This document shows, in pieces, positions 1-8,887 of a DNA stretch of 32,000 nt. The translations under genes and the position numbers were made by a program. Below the pieces are notes generated by a model that saw nothing but the letters and a program-made list of their open reading frames with translations, was not told the origin of the DNA and made no database searches. The DNA comes from Methanothermobacter sp. (lineage in GTDB: Archaea > Methanobacteriota > Methanobacteria > Methanobacteriales > Methanothermobacteraceae), in assembly GCF_049720995.1 (NCBI RefSeq), contig NZ_JBNASF010000004.1:2683-34682 (forward strand), written 5' to 3'. The first letter of the stretch is position 1. Every line of letters starts with the position of its first letter.

Positions 1-594
1 TGCCAGCACCACGGGACCCACTGTTATGAGTGCTATGAAATGGGTCCAGAGTGCAAGTGTCCCTGTCACCGCTGCAGAGAGACGGTCCTCTGATAGCAGA
101 TATACTGTGAGGACCAGGAGGACAGGTATGTAGGCTGCCGGCATTATAACTGAGAGGGTGTCTGGACGGGGAGATGCGAGTACCAGTGCCCCTGCGATGA
201 GACCGGCCCTCCTCCCGTACCACCTGGAGGCCACCCATGAGGCCGTGAATACCGTGAGAAGTATCTGCAGCATGCACATGATGGAATGGGCAAACCTGAC
301 ACCACCCAGGGTCCAGAGCCCGGCGAGTATAACATGAAGCAGGGGCGGATGTCCCAGGGGCCTCCCGGCGGGATAGTAAACCAGGTAGTCCCATGTAAGA
401 CCTCTTAGCGGTTCAATCATTATCTCCCTTGCCCTCACAAGGTGAAAGTCAATGTCACCATGGGTTGGAAAGAGGTAGTATGGTTTGAGGATGAGAAGCA
501 CCGCTATGATGATGAGGGGGATGTATGGCAGAAGCCGGTCTGGGATATACCCTTTGAACATTCCGCTCCCATCGTCGGGCATGGCAGATTTCAT
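1..594 (-). CDS. Integral membrane protein, N-terminal portion (gene continues beyond window start); possibly a GT-C-type (STT3/PMT/ArnT-like) glycosyltransferase
   Basis: Absent from the supplied ORF track because it runs off the edge. The minus-strand frame from ATG (594-592) to nt 1 is open for 198 codons; I checked every aligned plus-strand triplet for tta/cta/tca. Translation: MKSAMPDDGSGMFKGYIPDRLLPYIPLIIIAVLLILKPYYLFPTHGDIDFHLVRAREIMIEPLRGLTWDYLVYYPAGRPLGHPPLLHVILAGLWTLGGVRFAHSIMCMLQILLTVFTASWVASRWYGRRAGLIAGALVLASPRPD... It has several hydrophobic helices. The first-loop pattern (DxD-H-R, YPxG) resembles GT-C enzymes, but the function is tentative. Confidence 0.6.
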   Translation of the reverse strand, partial: MKSAMPDDGSGMFKGYIPDRLLPYIPLIIIAVLLILKPYYLFPTHGDIDFHLVRAREIMIEPLRGLTWDYLVYYPAGRPLGHPPLLHVILAGLWTLGGVRFAHSIMCMLQILLTVFTASWVASRWYGRRAGLIAGALVLASPRPDTLSVIMPAAYIPVLLVLTVYLLSEDRLSAAVTGTLALWTHFIALITVGPVVLA

Positions 595-640
595 GGTAAC
601 CTTATTATACCTCTGAAATAAAAATAATTGTGGTGTTATT

Positions 641-1165
641 ATGGTTACAAGTGAGGAGATGAAGAGAAGACTGGCCGAGAAGAAAGGTGAGGTGGCTCCA
701 GCTTCCAGAACCACGACTTCAGCAGAAAAATTCTGCCCAAACTGCGGGAAGGAGTATGGGGCAGAATCAAATTTCTGTGACGAGTGCGGCACGAGGCTTG
801 AGGAGCGAAGAGGAGCGCCTGCAGTCGAGGAGCATGGTGACGTGGTATACGTTACAAGCAACTATGTCCCGGGATACAGAGCGGTTAAGACACTTGGATT
901 CGTTTACGGGCTAACAGTGAGAAGCAGGGGACTTGGAGGTCAGATAGGTGCCGGATTAAGGTCCATTGTGGGTGGTGAGATCAAGGAGTACGTCACCATG
1001 ATGGAGCACTCAAGGGAGGAGGCCCTTGAGAGGATGCTTGACCATGCCCGTGAACTGGGGGCCAATGCGGTTATAAGTGTCCGGTTCGACTCAGACTCCA
1101 TATCCGACATAATGCAGGAGATCCTTGCCTACGGCACAGCCGTCATCGTTGAGCCAGAGGAGTAG
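641..1165 (+). CDS. Zn-ribbon plus YbjQ/UPF0145-family (putative heavy-metal-binding) domain protein
   Basis: 174-aa ORF. SD-like GGTGT lies 4 nt upstream of the ATG. N-terminal CPNCG...CDECG zinc ribbon. The C-terminal ~105 aa (VVYVTSNYVPGYRAVKTLGFVYG...GGEIKEY...REEALERMLDHARELGANAVISVRFD...AYGTAVIV) matches the YbjQ family pattern. Confidence 0.85.
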   Translation: MVTSEEMKRRLAEKKGEVAPASRTTTSAEKFCPNCGKEYGAESNFCDECGTRLEERRGAPAVEEHGDVVYVTSNYVPGYRAVKTLGFVYGLTVRSRGLGGQIGAGLRSIVGGEIKEYVTMMEHSREEALERMLDHARELGANAVISVRFDSDSISDIMQEILAYGTAVIVEPEE

Positions 1166-1227
1166 GCACAGCCCGGGATATCCCCTGATCGGGCAGATGA
1201 CCGACCATTCAATTAAAGACCACAAAC

Positions 1228-1250
1228 TATTTATAACATTTATTTATTAT
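1228..1250 (+). promoter_or_regulatory. Candidate TATA region for the nurA-herA-mre11-rad50 operon (short or no leader)
   Basis: tatttataacatttatttatt lies in an AT-rich stretch 20-40 nt upstream of ATG 1269. There is no SD before that ATG, consistent with a leaderless or near-leaderless transcript. Confidence 0.35.
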
Positions 1251-1268
1251 TCAATATTAAACGTTTAC

Positions 1269-2333
1269 ATGGGGGATTTTTTATTGGACATTTTTGATAG
1301 TATTGCACAGACCCTTGAGAATAGGGTGAGCTCAGGGATCGGAAGACCCTACTTCAGGTCAGCGAAATACAGGGTGCATGAATTCAGCACAGATAACTTC
1401 ATACCCATTGAGGGGGGAGAGGAGCGTCTCATGGCCTTCATAGACGGCGGCAACAGCCCCATACTGGAGGGACCGGGCATATCAGTCCACCTAAACAGGG
1501 TTGCCCTGGGCCTCTTCAGGGGGGCTCAGAGGGTTCAGCCTGAGATGCCAGCGAGGATTGAGTTCTTCTCTGTTATGACCATAAACCCGGAGGAGGAGAT
1601 GTGCAGATTCCAGATACACCCCATCAGGGAGGAGTACCTGGAATTCCTCCCTGATGAGGATGACATGCACCTTGAATTTAAAGACACTGACACTGTTGAT
1701 GAGTCAACCCTCAAGGGCCTCCCCAGGCGTTTTGCAGAGTGGAGCATGGCACTGGGGGCCCTTGATGAACTGGATGCAGGAGATATTCTGGTCAGGGACG
1801 GATCACTGCAGGCATCATTCGAGAAGGAAAACAGCCACATCAGTAAACTCGGGGACAGGGCAGGGGACATCCACGTGGCAGGGCTCTCAAAGACCTGCAC
1901 CCTCTACACCACCACTTCACTCTCACTCCTTTCAGCCATCGGAAGGCTCGCATCAGAGCAGGGCCTGAAGGGGGCCTGGTGCTACCACCCCATAGCCATC
2001 AGGACCGACAGGCCCACCACCCTCACGGCGGTTAAGCTGAACCCCGCAGGGAGGATATTCCGCATGGACATCCTGGGGGAATGTGAATCCAATGAAACAC
2101 TGGACGTGACATCCGCCCTCTTGCTGAACGCAGGGGACGCATGCTTCCCGGGCTACCCCTACGGTCTGGTGGACGTGGACATGAGGGCCCGTGTCTCAGC
2201 AGATGAGGTTGAAATCTACAGGAGAAGAGTCCTATCACAGGTCAGTGATGGTAAGATCCTTAAGGGAATAAAGGATGAGACAGAAAGTCTTGACTACCAC
2301 GATACACTTAACAGGTATGCAGGTGAGGATTGA
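1269..2333 (+). CDS. nurA: NurA 5'-3' nuclease
   Basis: The ORF is open from 1125, but 1125-1165 overlaps the upstream gene and 1200-1268 is AT-rich promoter-like sequence, so ATG 1269 (MGDFLLDIF...) is the likely start. NurA-type acidic motifs AFIDGGNSP and ILVRDGSL are present. Its stop overlaps the herA start, in the canonical archaeal nurA/herA/mre11/rad50 context. Confidence 0.8.
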   Translation: MGDFLLDIFDSIAQTLENRVSSGIGRPYFRSAKYRVHEFSTDNFIPIEGGEERLMAFIDGGNSPILEGPGISVHLNRVALGLFRGAQRVQPEMPARIEFFSVMTINPEEEMCRFQIHPIREEYLEFLPDEDDMHLEFKDTDTVDESTLKGLPRRFAEWSMALGALDELDAGDILVRDGSLQASFEKENSHISKLGDRAGDIHVAGLSKTCTLYTTTSLSLLSAIGRLASEQGLKGAWCYHPIAIRTDRPTTLTAVKLNPAGRIFRMDILGECESNETLDVTSALLLNAGDACFPGYPYGLVDVDMRARVSADEVEIYRRRVLSQVSDGKILKGIKDETESLDYHDTLNRYAGED

Positions 2334-3856
2334 TGGAAATCGCAGGTCAGATAATAGGTGGCGAAACAGCCGCGGTACTCATAAGGCAGAAATCAGGTGA
2401 ACCCATAGAACTGGGCGACCTCCTCGTCGCTGAGGGGGACGGCTACACGATACTCCAGGTCAAGGACCTGAAATACAGGTCCCAGATACCCCAGGGGATG
2501 AGGGAACTTGCATCCGGCTTCAACCTTGAGGGCTACAGGGGGGACGTGGAGTTCCTTGAACCGGAACTACGGAACTACATCATCGCAGAGGCCCGCCCCC
2601 TACTCCATGTGAGGGATGGGGAGCCGATGCTACCCAAACGCCTGCCGGGCTTCTTCAGGGAGGTCAAGAGGATAAGGGATGGGGACCTTGCCTTCCTTGA
2701 AAAGCCCCGCAACCCGGTATTCCTGGGAAATGTGAGGAGCGGCTCAAAGGTCCTTGAAACACCAGTCTACATCGACGCCCTGGACGCCATAACCCACCAC
2801 ATCCTCATACCTGCAACCACCGGTAGGGGTAAGAGTAACCTGGTGAAGGTCATGCTCTGGAGCCTGGCAGATATGGACCGTGTGGGCATGCTGGTACTGG
2901 ACCCCCACGACGAGTACTATGGGAGGAACGAGCCTGGCCTCGGGAGGCACCCATCAGGCAATGTGGTCTACTACTCACCCGACGCACCGGTCGGCGGAAA
3001 CACCCTGGCAATAAATCTGAGGTCCCTGAGACCGGAGCACTTTGAGGGTATAATACCATTCACACAGGCACAGGAGCAGGCAATTGCAAGGTACCACCAC
3101 AGCCACCGTGATGAATGGATCATCAAAATCGTTGAAGGGGAAAGAATTGAAAACGTGGATCCAAGAACACTGAGCGTCCTTCGAAGGGTCTTTGATGTTA
3201 TCCTCGGAGTTTACCTGGATGAGGACACAGGTGAGATAAAGTCCCGTGGAGGTGTATTCCGGGATGTGGGTGGTGAGTCAGCCATAAGGGACATGGCAGG
3301 ACACCTGGAGGATGGAAGGATAGTCGTGGTGGACACATCCAGGCTCATGGGTGAGGCTGAACTCCTTGTTGGGAGTGTGATATCAGGTGAGATCTTCAGG
3401 AGGTACCAGAAGTACAAATCCACCGGGGAGCTCAGGCGAAAACCCGTCATAGGGATAGTGATAGAGGAGGCCCCCCGTGTCCTTGGAAAGGAGGTCATTG
3501 AAAGGCAGGGAAACAACATCTACAGCACCATCGCAAGGGAGGGCCGTAAATTCAACATAGGCCTCGTAGCCATAACCCAGCTTGTGAGCCTCATTCCCAG
3601 GACAGTCCTTGCAAACATGAACACCAAGATAATCCTGGGGAATGAGATGGCCCAGGAGAGGGCTGAGATAATAGGAAGTGCCTCCCAGGACCTCTCAGAT
3701 GACAACAGGGCAATAGCCAGCCTGGATAAGGGTGAGGCCATAGTGAGCAGCATATTCACAAAGTTCGCGGTGCCGGTGAAAATACCCCTCTTCGAGGAGT
3801 TCATTGAATCCACGGATTATGAGGATGATGATGGGGACATTGAATTCATAGGGTGA
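2333..3856 (+). CDS. herA: HerA hexameric DNA helicase/translocase (FtsK-HerA superfamily ATPase)
   Basis: ATG 2333 overlaps the nurA TGA (tgATG), with AGGTGAGG upstream. Walker A is [10 protein letters not shown] and the Walker-B-like motif is GIVIEEAP. Size (~507 aa) and position between nurA and mre11 fit HerA. Confidence 0.9.
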   Translation: MEIAGQIIGGETAAVLIRQKSGEPIELGDLLVAEGDGYTILQVKDLKYRSQIPQGMRELASGFNLEGYRGDVEFLEPELRNYIIAEARPLLHVRDGEPMLPKRLPGFFREVKRIRDGDLAFLEKPRNPVFLGNVRSGSKVLETPVYIDALDAITHHILIPATTGRGKSNLVKVMLWSLADMDRVGMLVLDPHDEYYGRNEPGLGRHPSGNVVYYSPDAPVGGNTLAINLRSLRPEHFEGIIPFTQAQEQAIARYHHSHRDEWIIKIVEGERIENVDPRTLSVLRRVFDVILGVYLDEDTGEIKSRGGVFRDVGGESAIRDMAGHLEDGRIVVVDTSRLMGEAELLVGSVISGEIFRRYQKYKSTGELRRKPVIGIVIEEAPRVLGKEVIERQGNNIYSTIAREGRKFNIGLVAITQLVSLIPRTVLANMNTKIILGNEMAQERAEIIGSASQDLSDDNRAIASLDKGEAIVSSIFTKFAVPVKIPLFEEFIESTDYEDDDGDIEFIG

Positions 3857-3865
3857 GGTGAACTG

Positions 3866-5122
3866 ATGTACAGATTCGCGCACCTGTCAGACTGCCACCT
3901 GGGGGCACAGAAACAGCCTGAACTCCGGGAACTGGAATTCCAGGCCTTCAGGATGGCCCTGGATGATGCGCTGGAGAATGATGTCGACTTCATGCTAATA
4001 GCCGGGGACCTGTTCCACTCCAACATCCCGAACATGGAGACCGTCAAGAGGGCCACACTGGAACTCAGGAGGGTCAGGGATGAGGGGGTCCCCATCTATG
4101 TCAACTATGGCAGCCACGACTACAGCCCATCAAACACCTCCATGATAGACATACTGGAAACCGCGGGGGTCATAGAGAAGGTTGTGCGCCCCATCCCCGG
4201 AAAGAAGCTGGGACTGGATTTCACGGTGGATGAGAAGACCGGGGCAAAGATCACGGGCCTGTCAGGGAGGTCAAGGGCACTGGAGGTTGACTACTTCAGG
4301 AACCTTGACAGGGAGGCCCTTGAGGCCGAGGACGGCTTCAGGATATTCCTGTTCCACAGCGCCATAACCCAGTTCAAACCCGTGGACCTTGCAGAGATGG
4401 ATTCCATCGACCTCAACCTCTTTCCCCGTGGCCTGGAATACTATGCAGGGGGCCACGTCCACAGGAGGGGCTGCTACATGGAGGAGGGCTACGGCCCAAT
4501 AGTATACCCTGGGGCACTCTTCGGTTCATACGCAGGTGACCTTGAGGAGAACGCCAGGGGAGAGGAGAGGGGGTACTACCTTGTTGAATTCAGGGAAAGG
4601 GCAAAGGCCCCACAGTTCAGGGCAATAAGGCCCGCTGAATTTGAATACATAGAATGTGATGTGACAGGTAAGAACTCCCAGGACGCATTCCTCCTAATAC
4701 GTAGAGAAATGGGGGAACACGATGTTGAGGGCAGGGTTGTGATGTTAAAGATCAGGGGTGAGCTCAGCTCCGGGAGGAGCTCGGACATAGATTCAGCATG
4801 GATAAGGAGGGAACTTGAATCCAGGGGTGCCCTTGTTGTCCAGATCAACAGGCACGGCCTTAGCACCCGTGAGATACAGAAGGTGAGGGTTGCCGAGAGC
4901 GACATCCCTGAACTTGAGAGGAGGATCTTCAGGGAGAAACTCGCAGGACTCGACATCAGAAACACCAATCTCGTGAAGAGGGGCGATTCCCTTGCGGTTG
5001 AGCTCCTCAGGAAACTTGAGGACGAGATCGCCCCCGGTGAAAATAAGGGCGAATATGAGAGGAGAATCATTGAGGAAGCAGAGGCTGTTATGGGAGTGAA
5101 TCCAGATGATGATAACCGATGA
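3866..5122 (+). CDS. mre11: Mre11 nuclease (calcineurin-like metallophosphoesterase)
   Basis: SD GGTGAGGTGA lies 4 nt before the ATG. Phosphoesterase motifs: [31 protein letters not shown]. Confidence 0.92.
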   Translation: MYRFAHLSDCHLGAQKQPELRELEFQAFRMALDDALENDVDFMLIAGDLFHSNIPNMETVKRATLELRRVRDEGVPIYVNYGSHDYSPSNTSMIDILETAGVIEKVVRPIPGKKLGLDFTVDEKTGAKITGLSGRSRALEVDYFRNLDREALEAEDGFRIFLFHSAITQFKPVDLAEMDSIDLNLFPRGLEYYAGGHVHRRGCYMEEGYGPIVYPGALFGSYAGDLEENARGEERGYYLVEFRERAKAPQFRAIRPAEFEYIECDVTGKNSQDAFLLIRREMGEHDVEGRVVMLKIRGELSSGRSSDIDSAWIRRELESRGALVVQINRHGLSTREIQKVRVAESDIPELERRIFREKLAGLDIRNTNLVKRGDSLAVELLRKLEDEIAPGENKGEYERRIIEEAEAVMGVNPDDDNR

Positions 5123-5187
5123 CTTCAGGATGGATGAGGGTGCTGGCTCCCTCCCCAGCTGGTTGAATCCAGATGATGATAACTGAT
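5097..5187. repeat. Direct duplication of the mre11 3' end (24 nt, 1 mismatch, period 67)
   Basis: tgaatccagatgatgataaccgat (5097-5120, the last mre11 codons through the start of the TGA stop at 5120-5122) recurs as tgaatccagatgatgataactgat (5164-5187) in the mre11-rad50 spacer. Confidence 0.9.
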
Positions 5188-5203
5188 CCCGTGGTGATGC
5201 TCT

Positions 5204-7717
5204 TTGATCATCAATTCACTTGAACTCAGGAACATAAGGAGCTATGAATCAGGAACCGTCGAGTTTGATGATGGAGTGACCCTCTTTGAGGGGGATATAG
5301 GTTCAGGTAAGACGACGCTTCTACTTGCAATAGAATTCGCACTCTTCGGGCTGGGTGACCAGAGGGGTGACAGTCTTCTGAGGGCCACATCAAATTCAGG
5401 TTCGGTCAAACTCACCTTCACGGTTGATGGTGCAGAGTACACGATCTACAGGGAACTTAAAAGGACCCCCTCAGGGGTGCAGCAGGGGGAACTCTACATC
5501 AGAACACCCACCGGCAGAAGGAAACTATCTGCAAAGGAACTGAAGGCCGAGGTACTTAACATCCTGGGTTACAGGGAACCCCTGAATCCAAGGGCCAGGA
5601 GCAGGATATACCGCTACGCGGTCTTCACCCCACAGGAGCAGATGAAGAGCATAATAGAAACCGGGAGCAGGGACCGGCTTGAAAGGCTAAGGAAGGCCTT
5701 CGACCTTGAGAAGTACAGCAGAGCAGCGGATAATGCCAAGTTGCTTTCCGGGAAAATCAGAAGATCCGCAGAAAGCCTTGAGAATAAATCCTACGACCTG
5801 GAGGATAAGAAAAGGGAACTCAGGAATATTATCAGTGAGAAGGGGAAAATGGAATCTGAGAGGAAAAAGCTTGACGCTGAAATCAGGGAAATCGAAGCAG
5901 AGATCAGCCAGCTGAAACTGGAACTTAAAGAACTCCAGAAGGAGGAAAACAGGATCCGGGCAGCGGAAGATAAGATAGAATCCCTTCAGAATGAAATTAA
6001 AACCCTGATTTCATCCTCAGATCGTCTCAGGGAGAGAAACAGGGAGATAGAGGAGAATTATAGGAAATCCATGGATGAACTTCAGAAGTGCCGGAGGATG
6101 AGGGAGGAGCTTCAGGAGGAACTTGATTCACTCAGAAAGAATATTGAAGAGATGAAGGATGAAAGAGAATCCCTCAGAGAGGACTACGAAAAGTTCAGAG
6201 ATGCTTCTACCAAGCTTGAAGGCCTCAGTAATCAACTTGAGATCCTCTCAGATATCAGAAACAATATGGAACTTGAAATCACCACAATTCAGGGTGAGAT
6301 TGGCGGCCTCAAATCAGAGATAGGGAAACTGAAGTCCCTTGAGGATCCACGGTGCACTGAGGATGAGGTGAAAGCTGAGATAGCTGAACTTGAGGGCGAG
6401 GTATCGAAGCTCCAGCGGGAGCTGGGCGCCATATCCGGGAAGATAGAGGACTACATGTCCATCAAAGATATTGGTGTCTGCCCCACATGTGACCAGGACG
6501 TGGACCCTGAGTACATAGACGATAAACTCAGAGATGCCCGGAAGAGGAAAAGGTCAGTTGAATCCAGCATAAATAAGCTTAAAGCGAAAATCGAAAATAA
6601 AAACAGACTCCTCGATCGTGTAAGAGAATACACAGGGTCCCGGGAAAAACTCAGTAAACTCACTGAGGACCTCAGGAAGAAGAAAGCCGAATGCGCTAAA
6701 AAGCAGGGGAACCTTGAGAACAATGAGAAGGAAATCAGGGAGATTAAATCAGATATAAACAAAAATGAAAGGATAATCAGTGACCTGAAGGATGTGGAAT
6801 CCCGTTTCAGAAGAATTGACGGGGATCTGGAAGCCCTCCGTGAGGGGGAGAGGGAATGTTCAGGCAGACTTTCGGAAACAGATTCAAGAATAAGGGAACT
6901 CCAGCGAAGAATCCCTGAACTCAACCCTGAAACCAGTGAGGAATACAGAAAGAACCTCCAGAAGATCAGAGAAAACAATGAAACCATCGCTGAAAGGGAA
7001 GCGGAAATAAAGGAAAACAGGGAGGCACTCAAAAACAGGGAGAAGGTGGAGGCCAGTATACAGGAGATCAGTGAAAGGCTTCGTAAACGTGAAGAATCAA
7101 AGGATGAGAAGAAACAGATGATAGGATCAGTTGAGGGGAAAATCGAGGAAAAACAGTATCAGATCGAAAGGCTTAAGGCTGAAATTGATGAAAAGAAGAA
7201 ACTCAAAAAACGGGCCAGTGAACTGAAGGACCATGTGACCTGGCTTGAATCCTACTTCATCCCTGCCCTCAGTGACATTGAGACCCATGTGATGGCACAG
7301 ATAAACCATGAGTTCAATGAGAGGTTCCAGAAATGGTTCAGGGTCCTGGTGGATGACCCGGATAAATCGGTGCGGGTTGACGAGGACTTCACACCCATCG
7401 TGGAGCAGGACGGCTACGAACAGAACCTTGAGTACCTCAGTGGTGGTGAGAGGACCAGCATAGCGCTTGCATACCGACTCGCCATCAGCATGGTGGTACA
7501 GACCCTGACCGATGTGAGGTCAGATATACTCATACTGGACGAACCAACAGATGGATTCAGCAAGGAGCAGCTCTACAAACTCAGGGACATCTTCGATGAA
7601 CTTGAGGCCAGACAGATAATCCTGGTATCCCATGAGGAGGAACTTGAAAACCTTGCAGACCACATATACCGGGTTGAAAAGTCCGATGGATTATCAGCCA
7701 TCCAGCAGGCGGGTTAA
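5204..7717 (+). CDS. rad50: Rad50 SMC-like ATPase
   Basis: TTG start at 5204; an in-frame TGA at 5195 excludes any earlier start, and GGTGA lies 6 nt upstream. N-terminus (M)[13 protein letters not shown]. Walker [10 protein letters not shown]. Long E/K-rich coiled coil with the CPTC zinc hook at 6479-6490. Signature LSGGERT, Walker [10 protein letters not shown]-loop LVSHEE. Confidence 0.95.
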   Translation: MIINSLELRNIRSYESGTVEFDDGVTLFEGDIGSGKTTLLLAIEFALFGLGDQRGDSLLRATSNSGSVKLTFTVDGAEYTIYRELKRTPSGVQQGELYIRTPTGRRKLSAKELKAEVLNILGYREPLNPRARSRIYRYAVFTPQEQMKSIIETGSRDRLERLRKAFDLEKYSRAADNAKLLSGKIRRSAESLENKSYDLEDKKRELRNIISEKGKMESERKKLDAEIREIEAEISQLKLELKELQKEENRIRAAEDKIESLQNEIKTLISSSDRLRERNREIEENYRKSMDELQKCRRMREELQEELDSLRKNIEEMKDERESLREDYEKFRDASTKLEGLSNQLEILSDIRNNMELEITTIQGEIGGLKSEIGKLKSLEDPRCTEDEVKAEIAELEGEVSKLQRELGAISGKIEDYMSIKDIGVCPTCDQDVDPEYIDDKLRDARKRKRSVESSINKLKAKIENKNRLLDRVREYTGSREKLSKLTEDLRKKKAECAKKQGNLENNEKEIREIKSDINKNERIISDLKDVESRFRRIDGDLEALREGERECSGRLSETDSRIRELQRRIPELNPETSEEYRKNLQKIRENNETIAEREAEIKENREALKNREKVEASIQEISERLRKREESKDEKKQMIGSVEGKIEEKQYQIERLKAEIDEKKKLKKRASELKDHVTWLESYFIPALSDIETHVMAQINHEFNERFQKWFRVLVDDPDKSVRVDEDFTPIVEQDGYEQNLEYLSGGERTSIALAYRLAISMVVQTLTDVRSDILILDEPTDGFSKEQLYKLRDIFDELEARQIILVSHEEELENLADHIYRVEKSDGLSAIQQAG

Positions 7718-8000
7718 ATTTTTAAAAGCCCATAGATACCTTTATTTCGATTTTTGAGACTTTGAAGAGTCCTTTAGATTTATATAAGTCTTTAAAATCA
7801 TTTTAAATTCAAATTTCCATTTTAATGTTGCTTTTAATTTGTTGAACATTCTGGTTCTTCTTTTAACATAAATAAGCTCTATAAGTGGCTCTTTATACAG
7901 GATTTATCTTCTGAATCTCCATTCTATCGGGGAGCCCCTCTGCCCCCAAACCTTAAATGGGATTCCATGAGGATCCCTATCTCCAAATAAAATGGGATGG

Positions 8001-8072
8001 ATTCTCAGAGAATATACTGATATTAGAAAAGGATTCTGGTGGCTTTTTTTGATTAAAGGAGCTCTCAGAGCT
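8001..8072. promoter_or_regulatory. Pair of 13-nt palindromes sharing the core TCTCAGAGA (candidate operator sites)
   Basis: attctc-a-gagaat (8001-8013) and agctct-c-agagct (8060-8072) are both perfect inverted repeats. Their centres are 59 bp apart. They lie just upstream of the TATA box at 8090. Confidence 0.35.
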
Positions 8073-8089
8073 TTTATTTCATGGAAACA

Positions 8090-8097
8090 TTTATATA
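8090..8097 (+). promoter_or_regulatory. Consensus archaeal TATA box for the downstream secreted-protein gene
   Basis: TTTATATA lies about 75-100 nt upstream of the candidate starts (8171/8195). The expected TSS is near 8120. Confidence 0.45.
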
Positions 8098-8194
8098 CTA
8101 TGATGATGTAACAATTGACTCAGTGTCCTAAGCGACCTGAAGGGTTAGTATTGGACATGGAGGCGATAGAATTACGCGATTCAAAGCAGTCACA

Positions 8195-8704
8195 GTGCTC
8201 TTTGCACTGATGTTCACGGTGGGTTCAGTGCCCATCAGTGAGGCAACAAATACTGAAACAGAAAACGCAAAAATAGTGGCAAAAACACATACCATAAAGG
8301 CGGAACCTGTGAAGGTTGAAGCCGCATACAAGTACAAGAAATATAAAAAGACCTACAGGAAGAAGGTCAGGGCTACATACCGTACCAGTGTGAAAAAGAG
8401 GTACTCCAGATATAAGTACTACAAGAAGAAGAGGGTACGGGCAGCCTACAGCACCAGCACGTACCGCTATGACCCGAACATAGGGGACTGCTGGGCTATG
8501 AGTGAATACTTATATAAAAGACTCACATCAGCCGGGAAGAAGGTGCGTATAATACAGTACGCCACTAGCATGTCCCCAAGACACCGCACAGTACAGGTGT
8601 ACAGTGGCGGAAGCTGGGTGGACTATGACTACAGTGGCTACAACAAGATATACCACCCCACATCAAGGAAACCCGGCATGTTTGTGGTTAAATCATCGGC
8701 CTAA
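8195..8704 (+). CDS. Secreted transglutaminase-like (Cys-His-Asp) protein with a Lys/Tyr/Arg-rich repeat linker; possible pseudomurein-active peptidase or cross-linker
   Basis: 169-aa ORF from GTG 8195; the frame is open from 8141, and see the finding on a possible ATT start at 8171. N-terminal hydrophobic signal ending ...SEA. Basic repeat KYKKTYRKKVRATYRTS / KYYKKKRVRAAYSTS. The C-terminal GDCWAMSEY...HRTVQVY...WVDYD spacing is typical of the transglutaminase-like cysteine peptidase core. Confidence 0.7.
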   Translation: MLFALMFTVGSVPISEATNTETENAKIVAKTHTIKAEPVKVEAAYKYKKYKKTYRKKVRATYRTSVKKRYSRYKYYKKKRVRAAYSTSTYRYDPNIGDCWAMSEYLYKRLTSAGKKVRIIQYATSMSPRHRTVQVYSGGSWVDYDYSGYNKIYHPTSRKPGMFVVKSSA

Positions 8705-8728
8705 AGAGGCCAACCCCCTTTATTTTTT
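8698..8728 (+). terminator. Hairpin plus oligo-T terminator
   Basis: ggcct-aaag-aggcc hairpin (8698-8711) enclosing the TAA stop, followed by ctttatttttt (T-run 8723-8728). Confidence 0.5.
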
Positions 8729-8730
8729 CA

Positions 8731-8887
8731 GATTTGATTCTTATCTCTGGATTCATCATATCATGATGTTTCCATAACTTTGGTTTTTTACTCTGGTTGC
8801 TGTGTCAAGGTTTGATTTTATGGTGTTTCAATAACTTTGGTTTTCACCCTGGTTGCCGTATCAATCATTCAGGGTTTGATTCTTATC
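8731..8887. repeat. Imperfect tandem repeat (about 2.5 units of ~57-64 bp) spanning the convergent intergenic region and the 3' end of the TIR-like gene
   Basis: tgatgtttccataactttggttttttactctggttgctgtgtca (8764-8807) versus tggtgtttcaataactttggttttcaccctggttgccgtatca (8821-8863). The word g[ag]tttgatt[c]tta recurs at 8731, 8809 and 8873. Confidence 0.8.

Noticed and set aside
144-335. 63-aa minus-strand ORF from the track
   Set aside because: It is out of frame with the much longer open frame (594 to 1) that encodes a plausible membrane protein.
1125-1268. 48-codon N-terminal extension of the nurA ORF
   Set aside because: It overlaps the upstream gene's last 41 nt and then crosses an AT-rich promoter-like tract. 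The residues (…FITFIYYSILNVY) look like translated AT-rich DNA.
4576-5070. 164-aa minus-strand ORF inside mre11
   Set aside because: It is antisense to a well-supported gene, has an S/L-rich composition, and shows no start-site signals.
6451-7032. 193-aa minus-strand ORF inside rad50
   Set aside because: It is a Ser/Leu/Phe-rich low-complexity mirror image of the Glu/Lys-rich Rad50 coiled coil. There is no SD or promoter. This is a typical antisense artefact.
8100-8140. C/D-box sRNA-like words (atgatga at 8100-8106, ctga at 8137-8140)
   Set aside because: There are no internal C'/D' boxes or terminal stem. The segment is better explained as the 5' UTR of the downstream gene, lying between TATA 8090 and the SD at 8159.
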